DNA from: a virus
Length of the DNA stretch: 64,000 nt
Direction: 5' to 3' (one strand)
Virus record (IMG/VR): IMGVR_UViG_3300026522_000001
Coordinates: 1 to 64,000 of that record
The notes beneath the pieces were generated by a model, which saw nothing but the letters and a program-made list of their open reading frames with translations, was not told where the DNA came from and did not search any database. The translations under genes were made by a program, and so were the position numbers. Positions 1-7,559 of the stretch are shown in pieces (position 1 is the stretch's first letter; each line of letters opens with the position of its first letter).

Positions 1-82
1 CTCACCTCTTGTTTGATATTATATCTATTTATAAACTACATCTATCCCTGTGTCTAAAAGCAGCGGCTTGCGGTACAGAAAT

Positions 83-1780
83 TTATGACATTAACATTTT
101 AGTTAATGATGCAATAGATATATTATTATCTATTAGCCCATCTTGTATAGATTTCTTTTTATTTACAATATCTAGTATATGTTCATCTATTGTATTATGT
201 GCTACTAAAACATATACAGTTAATTTTTCTGTTGTTGTAGCCCTATAGCATCTATCTATTGCTTGTGTAAATCCTGCATATGTCCATCCTACACTAAAGA
301 ATATCTCTGTATGCGCTTCTTGTAGATTTAATCCTACTCCTCCTGCTCCTATTGTTGTTATAAATACTTTACAGGATTCATCTTTCTTGAACTTTTCTAC
401 TTGCTCATTTTTATTCTTTGTAGTGCCAGTTAGTAAAGCACAATTATACTTTTTAGATAGTTCTCTATACAGAATATCACATGTTGTGCTAAATACACTA
501 AATATAACTACTTTACCGTCTATTTGTTCTAGTAATTCTTTTGTTCTTTCTATTTTTGAACTTTCTAAAACATTTGTAGATAGTAATTCAGTTGTTTCTG
601 TTGCTTGCCTTAATCTTGTTAATTGACTTAACATTGTTGGTATATTTTCTATTTTATCAAGATTATCTATAATATCTTTAGTTATATTATTATATACCTT
701 TTGTTGTTTATCTGTTAATTCTATATATTCTTTTCTGATAATCTTAGGCGGTAATTCTAGTATATCTTTTTTTAATCTTCTAATAGACACACTATCTACT
801 AAATCTTTTATTTCATTTAGATTTTTATAGCTTTCTATGTTATTAAACATACCAAAGTTACAAAAATGATTCTTAAATGAATAATAATTAGTATCTATTC
901 TTCCTATAAATTTTAATGGTACATATACATTTAGAGGATTATTTGTTATTAGTGTACCTGTCATAGCTATTTTATATTTTGTATTTAGCTTTAATAATGC
1001 TTTAGTCATTATTGCATTAGGATTTGTACAAAGATGTACTTCATCTACAACAATCATTTCTATTTCTTTTTTCTTTATCCAATACTGTAGTTTCTTTACT
1101 ATATCTTTATTTTGTAAAGAATGTATATTAGTTATTATAAAAAACTCTTTTTCATCTATTTTTTGTAAATCTTCTAATTTATCTTTATTTGATTTTATAA
1201 TATATTTATTATTCCTATTCTTTCTTAGTCCTAAAACAGTAGAATTTAATCCTGTATGTGTTTTTATTTCATCTTTATAGTTCCATATCAGACTACTTCT
1301 ACATACTATGATTAAACAATGTTTTATTTTATTTTCTTTTTTTCTAATAAGAGAAGAATATATAGTTACTAAAGATTTACCTAATCCCATTTCAGATAAT
1401 AATAATGATTTATCTATACTTGTTAAATAGTCTATATCTTCTTTTTGATATTTATATGGTTTAGTAATTATTTCTTTAGGTAATTTATAATGGTTTAATT
1501 TAACTATTTTATTTTCTTTATCTAAAGGAGTACCTGTTATATTATAAGTTATACTTATATTACTATATTTATTTAATACTTCTTTTAATCTATCTAAAAC
1601 ATTATAAGGTAATTCCCAACATTGATAATATTTATCTTTTTTATCATAATGATAATATTTTTCTGTAAAAGAATTTCTAATAATATTTACTATATTAGCA
1701 TTATATACAAATTTAATATAAATACTTTGTTTATATATTTTTAATTTATTACTTTTATCATATGTTATATTTATAATCAT
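83..1780 (-). CDS. SNF2/Swi2-family helicase-like ATPase
   Basis: 565-aa ORF; motif I LSEMGLGKSL, motif II VVDEVH, C-terminal helicase-C-like block (LLTGTT, GGVGLNLQ, QAIDRCYR). Confidence 0.85.
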   Translation of the reverse strand: MIINITYDKSNKLKIYKQSIYIKFVYNANIVNIIRNSFTEKYYHYDKKDKYYQCWELPYNVLDRLKEVLNKYSNISITYNITGTPLDKENKIVKLNHYKLPKEIITKPYKYQKEDIDYLTSIDKSLLLSEMGLGKSLVTIYSSLIRKKENKIKHCLIIVCRSSLIWNYKDEIKTHTGLNSTVLGLRKNRNNKYIIKSNKDKLEDLQKIDEKEFFIITNIHSLQNKDIVKKLQYWIKKKEIEMIVVDEVHLCTNPNAIMTKALLKLNTKYKIAMTGTLITNNPLNVYVPLKFIGRIDTNYYSFKNHFCNFGMFNNIESYKNLNEIKDLVDSVSIRRLKKDILELPPKIIRKEYIELTDKQQKVYNNITKDIIDNLDKIENIPTMLSQLTRLRQATETTELLSTNVLESSKIERTKELLEQIDGKVVIFSVFSTTCDILYRELSKKYNCALLTGTTKNKNEQVEKFKKDESCKVFITTIGAGGVGLNLQEAHTEIFFSVGWTYAGFTQAIDRCYRATTTEKLTVYVLVAHNTIDEHILDIVNKKKSIQDGLIDNNISIASLTKMLMS

Positions 1781-1930
1781 TTTATTTTTCCTTTTTTATG
1801 GCTCTTAATCTATATATAGATATTATAACATATATAGGATTTCATTTCAAGTTATATTTTTATTAAAAATAAGTAGTGGAAATTGTCTTTCTAAAAAGGA
1901 CTCATGTTTATTCTGCCCTATTTATATATT

Positions 1931-1954
1931 ATATATGAACGTAGTGAATATATA
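1931..1954 (+). repeat. Single copy of the ATATA-YGAACGTAGTGAR-TATA motif that also forms the 58.9-59.1 kb palindrome arms
   Basis: atatatgaacgtagtgaatatata here versus tatatacgaacgtagtgagtatat at 58950-58972 and its reverse complement at 59072-59094. Confidence 0.6.
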
Positions 1955-2043
1955 ATATATAAATAGCATATAACTATATATTATTTATATTATATAGTTA
2001 ATTTTATTAAATAGATAAATATTATATATTATTATTTATACAT

Positions 2044-2072
2044 ATTATACAATAAAAAATACCCTTTGTCAA
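2044..2072 (-). promoter_or_regulatory. sigma70-type promoter TTGACA-N17-TATAAT reading leftward toward the SNF2 gene
   Basis: Minus strand: TTGACA (2067-2072), 17-nt spacer, TATAAT (2044-2049). The -35 sits in the loop and 3' arm of the adjacent hairpin. Confidence 0.55.
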
Positions 2073-2075
2073 GGG
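2062..2075 (-). terminator. Short intrinsic-terminator-like hairpin after vapD
   Basis: CCCTT-TGTC-AAGGG stem-loop followed by a T-run on the minus strand (tattttttatt); only 5 bp, so weak. Confidence 0.4.
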
Positions 2076-2194
2076 CATTTTGATTAAAAATTTAATAAAC
2101 AAATTTAATGTAGGTCTAATTGACCTTACTGATTTTTTGTGATACTATAAAGAATAGAAGAAATATTAATTCTGCTTCCTTTGTTAGCTTTTTA

Positions 2195-2485
2195 TTATTT
2201 TACAATATTCGTAAATTTAGATAAATCCTCTACTTTGAAAACTGCCACATCATGTACACTTTTCTTAAACCAGTCTAGTGTAGATATTCTATTGATTACT
2301 CTGTATGCATATGCTAAACTATTTTTCCCATGATAATTTATGTATACACTTCCATTTAGCCATACAAAATTAAACTTTGCAAGTTCCTCTTCTATTTCAT
2401 CATAGGCTTTGCTAGTATCTCCATATTCCTTCTTTAGCTCATCTAAATTAAAATCAAATGAAATTGCGTACATGATATAACCCAC
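2195..2485 (-). CDS. vapD: VapD-family (Cas2-fold) endoribonuclease
   Basis: 96 aa; MYAISFD...AYDEIEEELAKFNFVWLNGSVY...LDWFKKSVHDVAVFKVEDLSKFT matches remembered VapD pattern MYAIAFD...AY.DI...LAKFGF...GS.Y...SVRDIRAF..E.WSDFT. True start is probably the MYAISFD Met. Confidence 0.75.
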   Translation of the reverse strand: MGYIMYAISFDFNLDELKKEYGDTSKAYDEIEEELAKFNFVWLNGSVYINYHGKNSLAYAYRVINRISTLDWFKKSVHDVAVFKVEDLSKFTNIVK

Positions 2486-2521
2486 TTTCTTTTTATAAAT
2501 TTATTTTATAGATATAGTATA

Positions 2522-3211
2522 TCACATTTTACTAGTAGATTCAACCCTAGCTTTTACTTTTTCTGTAAGTTCCTCCATGAAAGTTACAATGGTTTGTCTA
2601 AGCAAATAAACTCCTGCTATCATGCTTGTGTATTTAGTCCATATTCCAAAATTTTTGAAAGAGCTAAATGGATTTATCTCACTTCTTTTAGTTACAAGTT
2701 TATCCATCAATGGTTGTATACCATGTATAACACTTGCTGTTAGATTCTTTCCTTGTGCGGCTATTAAATCATAAGCATTATCTTTTAGTGCACTTTCTAA
2801 TACTCTTTTTTGTTGTTTGAAGCTGTCATTTAGTGCATTAAATTGGTTTTTTATATCATCATAATTATCAGTATCCTTAAAGATATATGCGTTTATTACA
2901 TTTTTTAGTGCTGTATCTGTTGTTGTTTTTATATTTTCTTCTGTATTACTTATAGCATTTTCTATAGTATCAGATGTTTTAAGTATTATGTCTTTTATAT
3001 AGCTTTTTGTTTCATCATCTATTATGAATGTTTCTATTACATTATCTATTTTATAGTTATAAGTACCATCATATAGACCTGAAACAGTTACTTTACCATT
3101 TTCATCTGTTTTCCTAGATATTACTCCATACTGCCCTAGATTAAATATTACATCTTTTGCAGCAATAGGGCTACCACTAGAATCTTTTAGATTAAGCTGA
3201 ATATCTGCCAT
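2522..3211 (-). CDS. Hypothetical membrane-anchored protein with N-terminal Ig-like/carboxypeptidase-regulatory-like beta domain
   Basis: 229 aa; KDSSGSPIAAKDVIF...DENGKVTVSGLYDGTYNYKI motif; one C-terminal hydrophobic helix (YTSMIAGVYLL). Confidence 0.5.
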   Translation of the reverse strand: MADIQLNLKDSSGSPIAAKDVIFNLGQYGVISRKTDENGKVTVSGLYDGTYNYKIDNVIETFIIDDETKSYIKDIILKTSDTIENAISNTEENIKTTTDTALKNVINAYIFKDTDNYDDIKNQFNALNDSFKQQKRVLESALKDNAYDLIAAQGKNLTASVIHGIQPLMDKLVTKRSEINPFSSFKNFGIWTKYTSMIAGVYLLRQTIVTFMEELTEKVKARVESTSKM

Positions 3212-3236
3212 AGTCTATCATTCCCTTCTTTTTATA

Positions 3237-3608
3237 TTACATTATTATAATTTTTTCTATATAAGAATTTGTAGATGGTATAGATAATTCTATAGTTTTA
3301 TCTTCATAGCCATCTTTTATTATTTTTATTTTTGTATTGTCTATAATACCTTGTAGCTTTATTATTCCATCGCTATTTCCTATTTTAGCTATTTCTCCAT
3401 ATTTTGTGCTATTAAATACTGCTATTGGTTTATCTATTTTATTGTTATTCTTGTCTATACATTCTAATGTTATAGATACATCTGTCTTGTCTAGTATTTT
3501 TTGAGAAATATATTTACTAAAACAGTTTAGCCATCCTTCCATGTGTTTAGAAACAAAACTAACAAGATAGGGCAACACAAAGTTTATTATTTGTGCAATT
3601 ATATTCAT
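3237..3608 (-). CDS. Hypothetical small membrane protein (N-terminal TM helix plus beta domain)
   Basis: 123 aa; IIAQIINFVLPYLVSFV hydrophobic N-terminus; NSDGIIKLQGII...KDGYEDKTIEL. Confidence 0.5.
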   Translation of the reverse strand: MNIIAQIINFVLPYLVSFVSKHMEGWLNCFSKYISQKILDKTDVSITLECIDKNNNKIDKPIAVFNSTKYGEIAKIGNSDGIIKLQGIIDNTKIKIIKDGYEDKTIELSIPSTNSYIEKIIIM

Positions 3609-3640
3609 GCCTGTTCTCCCTGTCTAATTTAATTCATAAT

Positions 3641-3757
3641 GCCCTGTACAGCGCCCATATTTAGCCGCTGAGGGGCGTCTAGTCCTCTTTAGGTATATTT
3701 ATACCTATCGGCTAAAAAATTCCCTTAGAGGGGCTTCTACGGCTTTATGTCAGCCCC
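3641..3757 (+). repeat. Structured intergenic element of about 115 nt, copy A (homologous to the reverse complement of 58641-58750)
   Basis: Shared blocks CCCTGT, AGGGGC, TTTAGGTATATTTATAC, AAAAA, GGCTTCTACG; local stems TAGCCG/CGGCTA and AGGTAT/ATACCT. Confidence 0.55.
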
Positions 3758-4280
3758 ATTTTCCCTTTAGTTCTTCATATAAGATTTCTGGTGTTATACT
3801 ATCAGGTTCTACATTCCCACAAACATTATATCCAAAAGCTCTAAGTATTCTTGTTACAGCTTCACTGCAATCCATAGTATCTTCGCCATCACTATATGTT
3901 TGTTTATTTGTTACTGTATATATAGCACCACTAATTAAAGCTAACCATCCGTATGGTTTACCCCAACACTTGTTAAACTCTTTTAATCCTGCTTTTATAG
4001 ATTGCTCATCTGCACGATAGGAAATAAATTTTCTTATATTTTCTTTTTTGTAATTAGATAGTTTTGTCTGAACAAATCCGCTAGTTAATGCTTCTCTAAA
4101 TTTACCATTTATGTTTATACCAACATGTGATGGAACAAAACTATCTTGTTTATTTTTTCTAAATAGCCCACAAAACCATTTAATTATTTTACTATACCAA
4201 TGATTTGAAGAAAAGAATATTACTTCTATTCTTACAAGATTTGTATATTTATTCCCCATAACAACACCTACTTCACACAT
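3750..4280 (-). CDS. Putative cell-wall amidase/peptidase (permuted papain-like fold), weak call
   Basis: 176 aa; overlaps the endolysin gene end by 8 nt; His block SHVGIN precedes Cys block DCSEAV. Confidence 0.4.
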   Translation of the reverse strand: MCEVGVVMGNKYTNLVRIEVIFFSSNHWYSKIIKWFCGLFRKNKQDSFVPSHVGININGKFREALTSGFVQTKLSNYKKENIRKFISYRADEQSIKAGLKEFNKCWGKPYGWLALISGAIYTVTNKQTYSDGEDTMDCSEAVTRILRAFGYNVCGNVEPDSITPEILYEELKGKWG

Positions 4281-4932
4281 TATACATAGTGGATTGGTCG
4301 AGCGTATTATCGTTTGTTGTAAACTGCCACATCTTTATATTTTCTTCTAGGTCAGGATTTTCCTCTAAAAGACTATTTACAGGATATCCATACTGGGCTA
4401 CCCAAATAAGGTAGCCTTTTTCTTTTATTGTTTCAAGAGAGACATATCCACTATCGAAATAGCTATATCCTGCATATATTCCATATAGCCCACCAGGATT
4501 TCCGCTTTGCCAATCTATTAGTGTGTCTAAGAATGTTTGTACTCTTGTATCTGCTTCTACATTCTTTGTGCTTTCAACCTCTAGGTCAGCCCATATACCT
4601 AGTGTAAATAGTTTATTATCTTCACCTAGATATTCATAAATTTTATCATTAACAAATTGTGCTTCTTTTTCAGGTATGCTATCATCTATAAAATGATTTA
4701 CATAATATATGCCGAATGGTTTGTTATATTTTACTGCCGCATTTACGTTTTCAACAAAATTATCATCTAGTGTTGGTACACCTGAAAGTGTTTCCCCTAG
4801 CTTAATTATATATCCATCAGCATTATCACGTGTATCTTCAATCCAGTCTATTGTTGTCTCATATCCATGTGTACTATTGCAATCTGAAACATCATATATA
4901 TTTGCTGTTGCCATATTATATATTACCTCCAA
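4273..4932 (-). CDS. GH25-family muramidase (endolysin)
   Basis: 219 aa; YDVSDCNS, GYIIKLGE, GIYYVNHF, WVAQYG, WQFT blocks resemble the GH25 lysozyme pattern. Confidence 0.7.
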   Translation of the reverse strand: MEVIYNMATANIYDVSDCNSTHGYETTIDWIEDTRDNADGYIIKLGETLSGVPTLDDNFVENVNAAVKYNKPFGIYYVNHFIDDSIPEKEAQFVNDKIYEYLGEDNKLFTLGIWADLEVESTKNVEADTRVQTFLDTLIDWQSGNPGGLYGIYAGYSYFDSGYVSLETIKEKGYLIWVAQYGYPVNSLLEENPDLEENIKMWQFTTNDNTLDQSTMYNV

Positions 4933-4935
4933 CTT

Positions 4936-5292
4936 TTATTGTTTTATAGGCAGTTTTATCGTTTTTTCTACTATTATATTTAATCCATGATTTCCACCTA
5001 GTTTTTTATAGCTATCATACATATCTGTAATAGATGTTATTTGTTGTTGTGTGATAAACCCATTATTTTCTATATGTCTACAACTCTGTGTTATTCTATC
5101 TCGTAATAGGCTTACTATTCCTTCTTTGATAGCTACTATTTCTTCTTTATTTTCTTCTTTTTCTTTTTCTTTTCTATCTTGTAATTCTTTTAACCTTTCT
5201 TCTCTCTTTTTGAATTTGAATGTTATCCATGATATTACTAATGTTAATAATCCATTAGTAACCATGAATCCAAATTGTAAGAGAATTTCCAA
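4936..5292 (-). CDS. Membrane protein upstream of endolysin (holin candidate)
   Basis: 118 aa; single N-terminal TM (GFMVTNGLLTLVISWITF) followed by a highly charged KKREERLKELQDRKEKEKEE segment; position just 5' of the lysin. Confidence 0.4.
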   Translation of the reverse strand: MEILLQFGFMVTNGLLTLVISWITFKFKKREERLKELQDRKEKEKEENKEEIVAIKEGIVSLLRDRITQSCRHIENNGFITQQQITSITDMYDSYKKLGGNHGLNIIVEKTIKLPIKQ

Positions 5293-5311
5293 AAGAACAT
5301 CTTCCTCCTAT

Positions 5312-5995
5312 TTATGTTATCGAGTTTTGTGTGATTTGATAGTTAAACTTAAAGTCACCATCTGATAAAATATTAAATTTAAGCGTGCTGTTTCCTGTAT
5401 AGCCATAAGAATAATCTGTTCCATTTATTGCTTTTGACCATGCACCTCGTATATCAACAGTAACAGATAGTTTATCTATACTTGGCACTTGTGCAGAATT
5501 TGTTTGAGATATAGCAAAACCTATTCCTATTCCATCAACATCATTTTTACTGTCGTAGAATGTAGCCCATTGTGTTGGTGTTATTGCTCCTAAAGAACTA
5601 GCGTCAATGCCTTCATTTAACACAGTATCAACGTCCATAGCACTTAGTCTAACAAATTTACTATCATAAAATGTATAATAGTCTTTAAGGTCTTTTGTTA
5701 TAAAATAAACAATTTTACTATTTTTTTGTATTATATCTGTTACAGTAACATTATTTATTTTATCGAAAGAGTCTCCGAATAGCTCTCTAGGCAAGCATAG
5801 TATATTGTTAGGAATTGCTGTTAGCTGTACTTTGCTTACTGTGTCTGTTTCATCTTCTGATTTAACAGCTATTTTGAATTTGCCTAAATCATACAATTCT
5901 GAAGGTGATGCCTGTTCATAATTATTAAACAATGCTTCTTTTTCTGCATCACTTAATGCTGTAAAATTATCTGCTACTTTAATAAGTTTATACAA
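5312..5995 (-). CDS. Hypothetical protein downstream of DGR RT
   Basis: 227-aa ORF with no recognisable motif. Confidence 0.55.
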   Translation of the reverse strand: MYKLIKVADNFTALSDAEKEALFNNYEQASPSELYDLGKFKIAVKSEDETDTVSKVQLTAIPNNILCLPRELFGDSFDKINNVTVTDIIQKNSKIVYFITKDLKDYYTFYDSKFVRLSAMDVDTVLNEGIDASSLGAITPTQWATFYDSKNDVDGIGIGFAISQTNSAQVPSIDKLSVTVDIRGAWSKAINGTDYSYGYTGNSTLKFNILSDGDFKFNYQITQNSIT

Positions 5996-6010
5996 TTATT
6001 TCTCACCCCT

Positions 6011-7093
6011 TTATATTAGTATTCTTTTTGGCTTATATGGTTTACCATTCATTTTATAAGAAATTAACCTTGAATTTTCTCTAATTATATCTTTTACTAC
6101 ATACATATTTATATTCTTTTGCACGAAATTAAATATCTTTTTAGAATAACAATGTGTAGCCATACCTAATCTTGATGTTATTCCTTGTGCTTCTTTTACA
6201 GGTATGATTTTTAACTTACTTATTCTTCTTGTTTGATTTAATATTCCTTTTAATACTCTTTTTCTTAGTATTATTTTGTTAGGATAAAATCTATAACCTA
6301 TGAAGTCTAGTCCCATGTTTTCTAGTCTAAATAGCTGATAGGTATGTTTTGGTTTTAGTTTATATTTTCTTAATACCTTTTCTACAAGAGGTTTTATTAG
6401 TTTTGCTTTTTCCCAGTCATCACAAAAAGCCACAAAGTCATCCATATATCTTACATAGTGTTTTACTGTTGGTTGACTTCGTATTACTGAATCCATTTCT
6501 TTTAGTAGCAAATTTGCATCAAAAGCACTACAATAATTTCCTAGTGGTAATGTTTTACAGCTATATACAACTTTAGCCTTTAAGGATAAATATTTTTTAT
6601 CTTTTATAAACCTCTTATAACATTGCATCAATATGTCAGGCTGTACGTTATCAAAGAATTTTTCTATGTCTCCTTTAATGACATATGTTGTTCCTTTCTT
6701 GTCATTTGCTATCCATTTCTTTATAGCAGTAAATGCTTTCATCTGTCCTCTGCCTTTTATGCTTGCTACGGCATAAGGGTCTATTCTTTTTACTAATTTA
6801 TCTTGTATTAACATAATTAGTATATGATGAAGGCATTGGTCTGGGAAGAATTTTGGTTTTTGTAATTTTCTTAATTTCCCGTTCTCTATCCTTTCTTCAT
6901 ATATGTATTTATTTGGTGTAAATGTGTCATTCAATACCATTTCTCTTAGTAAGTCTGCATATTTATCTATATTAGCAAAGACTTTCTGTACACTTAATTT
7001 CTTGTGCTTATGTCTAGCCGCTTCTTCAATAGCAGTTATACAAAAATCATGTGTGATGTTTTCTTCTGTAATTAAATTTCCTATCCTTTTCAT
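6011..7093 (-). CDS. DGR reverse transcriptase
   Basis: 360 aa; RT motifs IKGRGQ, FDNV, LPLGNYCSA, YVRYMDDFVAF; lies directly downstream of the TR. Confidence 0.9.
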   Translation of the reverse strand: MKRIGNLITEENITHDFCITAIEEAARHKHKKLSVQKVFANIDKYADLLREMVLNDTFTPNKYIYEERIENGKLRKLQKPKFFPDQCLHHILIMLIQDKLVKRIDPYAVASIKGRGQMKAFTAIKKWIANDKKGTTYVIKGDIEKFFDNVQPDILMQCYKRFIKDKKYLSLKAKVVYSCKTLPLGNYCSAFDANLLLKEMDSVIRSQPTVKHYVRYMDDFVAFCDDWEKAKLIKPLVEKVLRKYKLKPKHTYQLFRLENMGLDFIGYRFYPNKIILRKRVLKGILNQTRRISKLKIIPVKEAQGITSRLGMATHCYSKKIFNFVQKNINMYVVKDIIRENSRLISYKMNGKPYKPKRILI

Positions 7094-7150
7094 TTCATTA
7101 TCCTAACACCATGTTTATATTGAAATACAAAACTGTATTATTTATTTCTC

Positions 7151-7400
7151 TTGTCAGCACTACAATTAACACTAATTACATTTCCAAATTAACTTCGTAC
7201 TAAGTAATTTTTATTTTGTGTATATTTTTACCTAAGTAAAGTAAGCATCACCTCATTCATTTGTATATTGTGCTGACAACTTCACAAAAACCATAGTTCA
7301 CATTAACAATGCCTACGGCATTATTACACGTAAACGTGAACAATCCACAATGTGAACCATTCTACGTGTTACTACCAACAAGAGGGGCTGTGATGCTTAC
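7151..7400 (-). ncRNA. DGR template RNA (TR plus spacer) with bracketing long-range helices
   Basis: 7390-7400 gtgatgcttac is the reverse complement of 7241-7251; 7270-7279 gtgctgacaa is the reverse complement of 7151-7160; no ORF in the region. Confidence 0.65.
7283..7389 (-). repeat. DGR template repeat (TR)
   Basis: 107 bp matching VR at offset 288; all 14 mismatches fall at TR adenines on the coding strand; in the VR frame the TR contains an in-frame TAG and AAY codons. Confidence 0.92.
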
Positions 7401-7484
7401 TCTTGAGTTACATTACTGTAACTATTTATATTATACAACAATAAAATGTAAATGTCAAATCTTACTCAAATAAAATAAAAAAAA

Positions 7485-7509
7485 CTAGGCACATTAAAAA
7501 TGTGCCTAG
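7485..7509 (-). terminator. Bidirectional intrinsic terminator between VR and TR
   Basis: ctaggcaca-ttaaaaa-tgtgcctag hairpin flanked by an A-run and a T-run. Confidence 0.7.
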
Positions 7510-7559
7510 TTTTTTTTGCCCTATTTTATTTTTTTTCTCTTTTTCTCTTTTTATTCTTT

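Noticed and set aside
5312-5995. ORF downstream of the RT as the missing Avd accessory protein
   Set aside because: At 227 aa it is too long. The composition looks beta-rich with no basic four-helix-bundle character. It cannot be excluded without a profile search.
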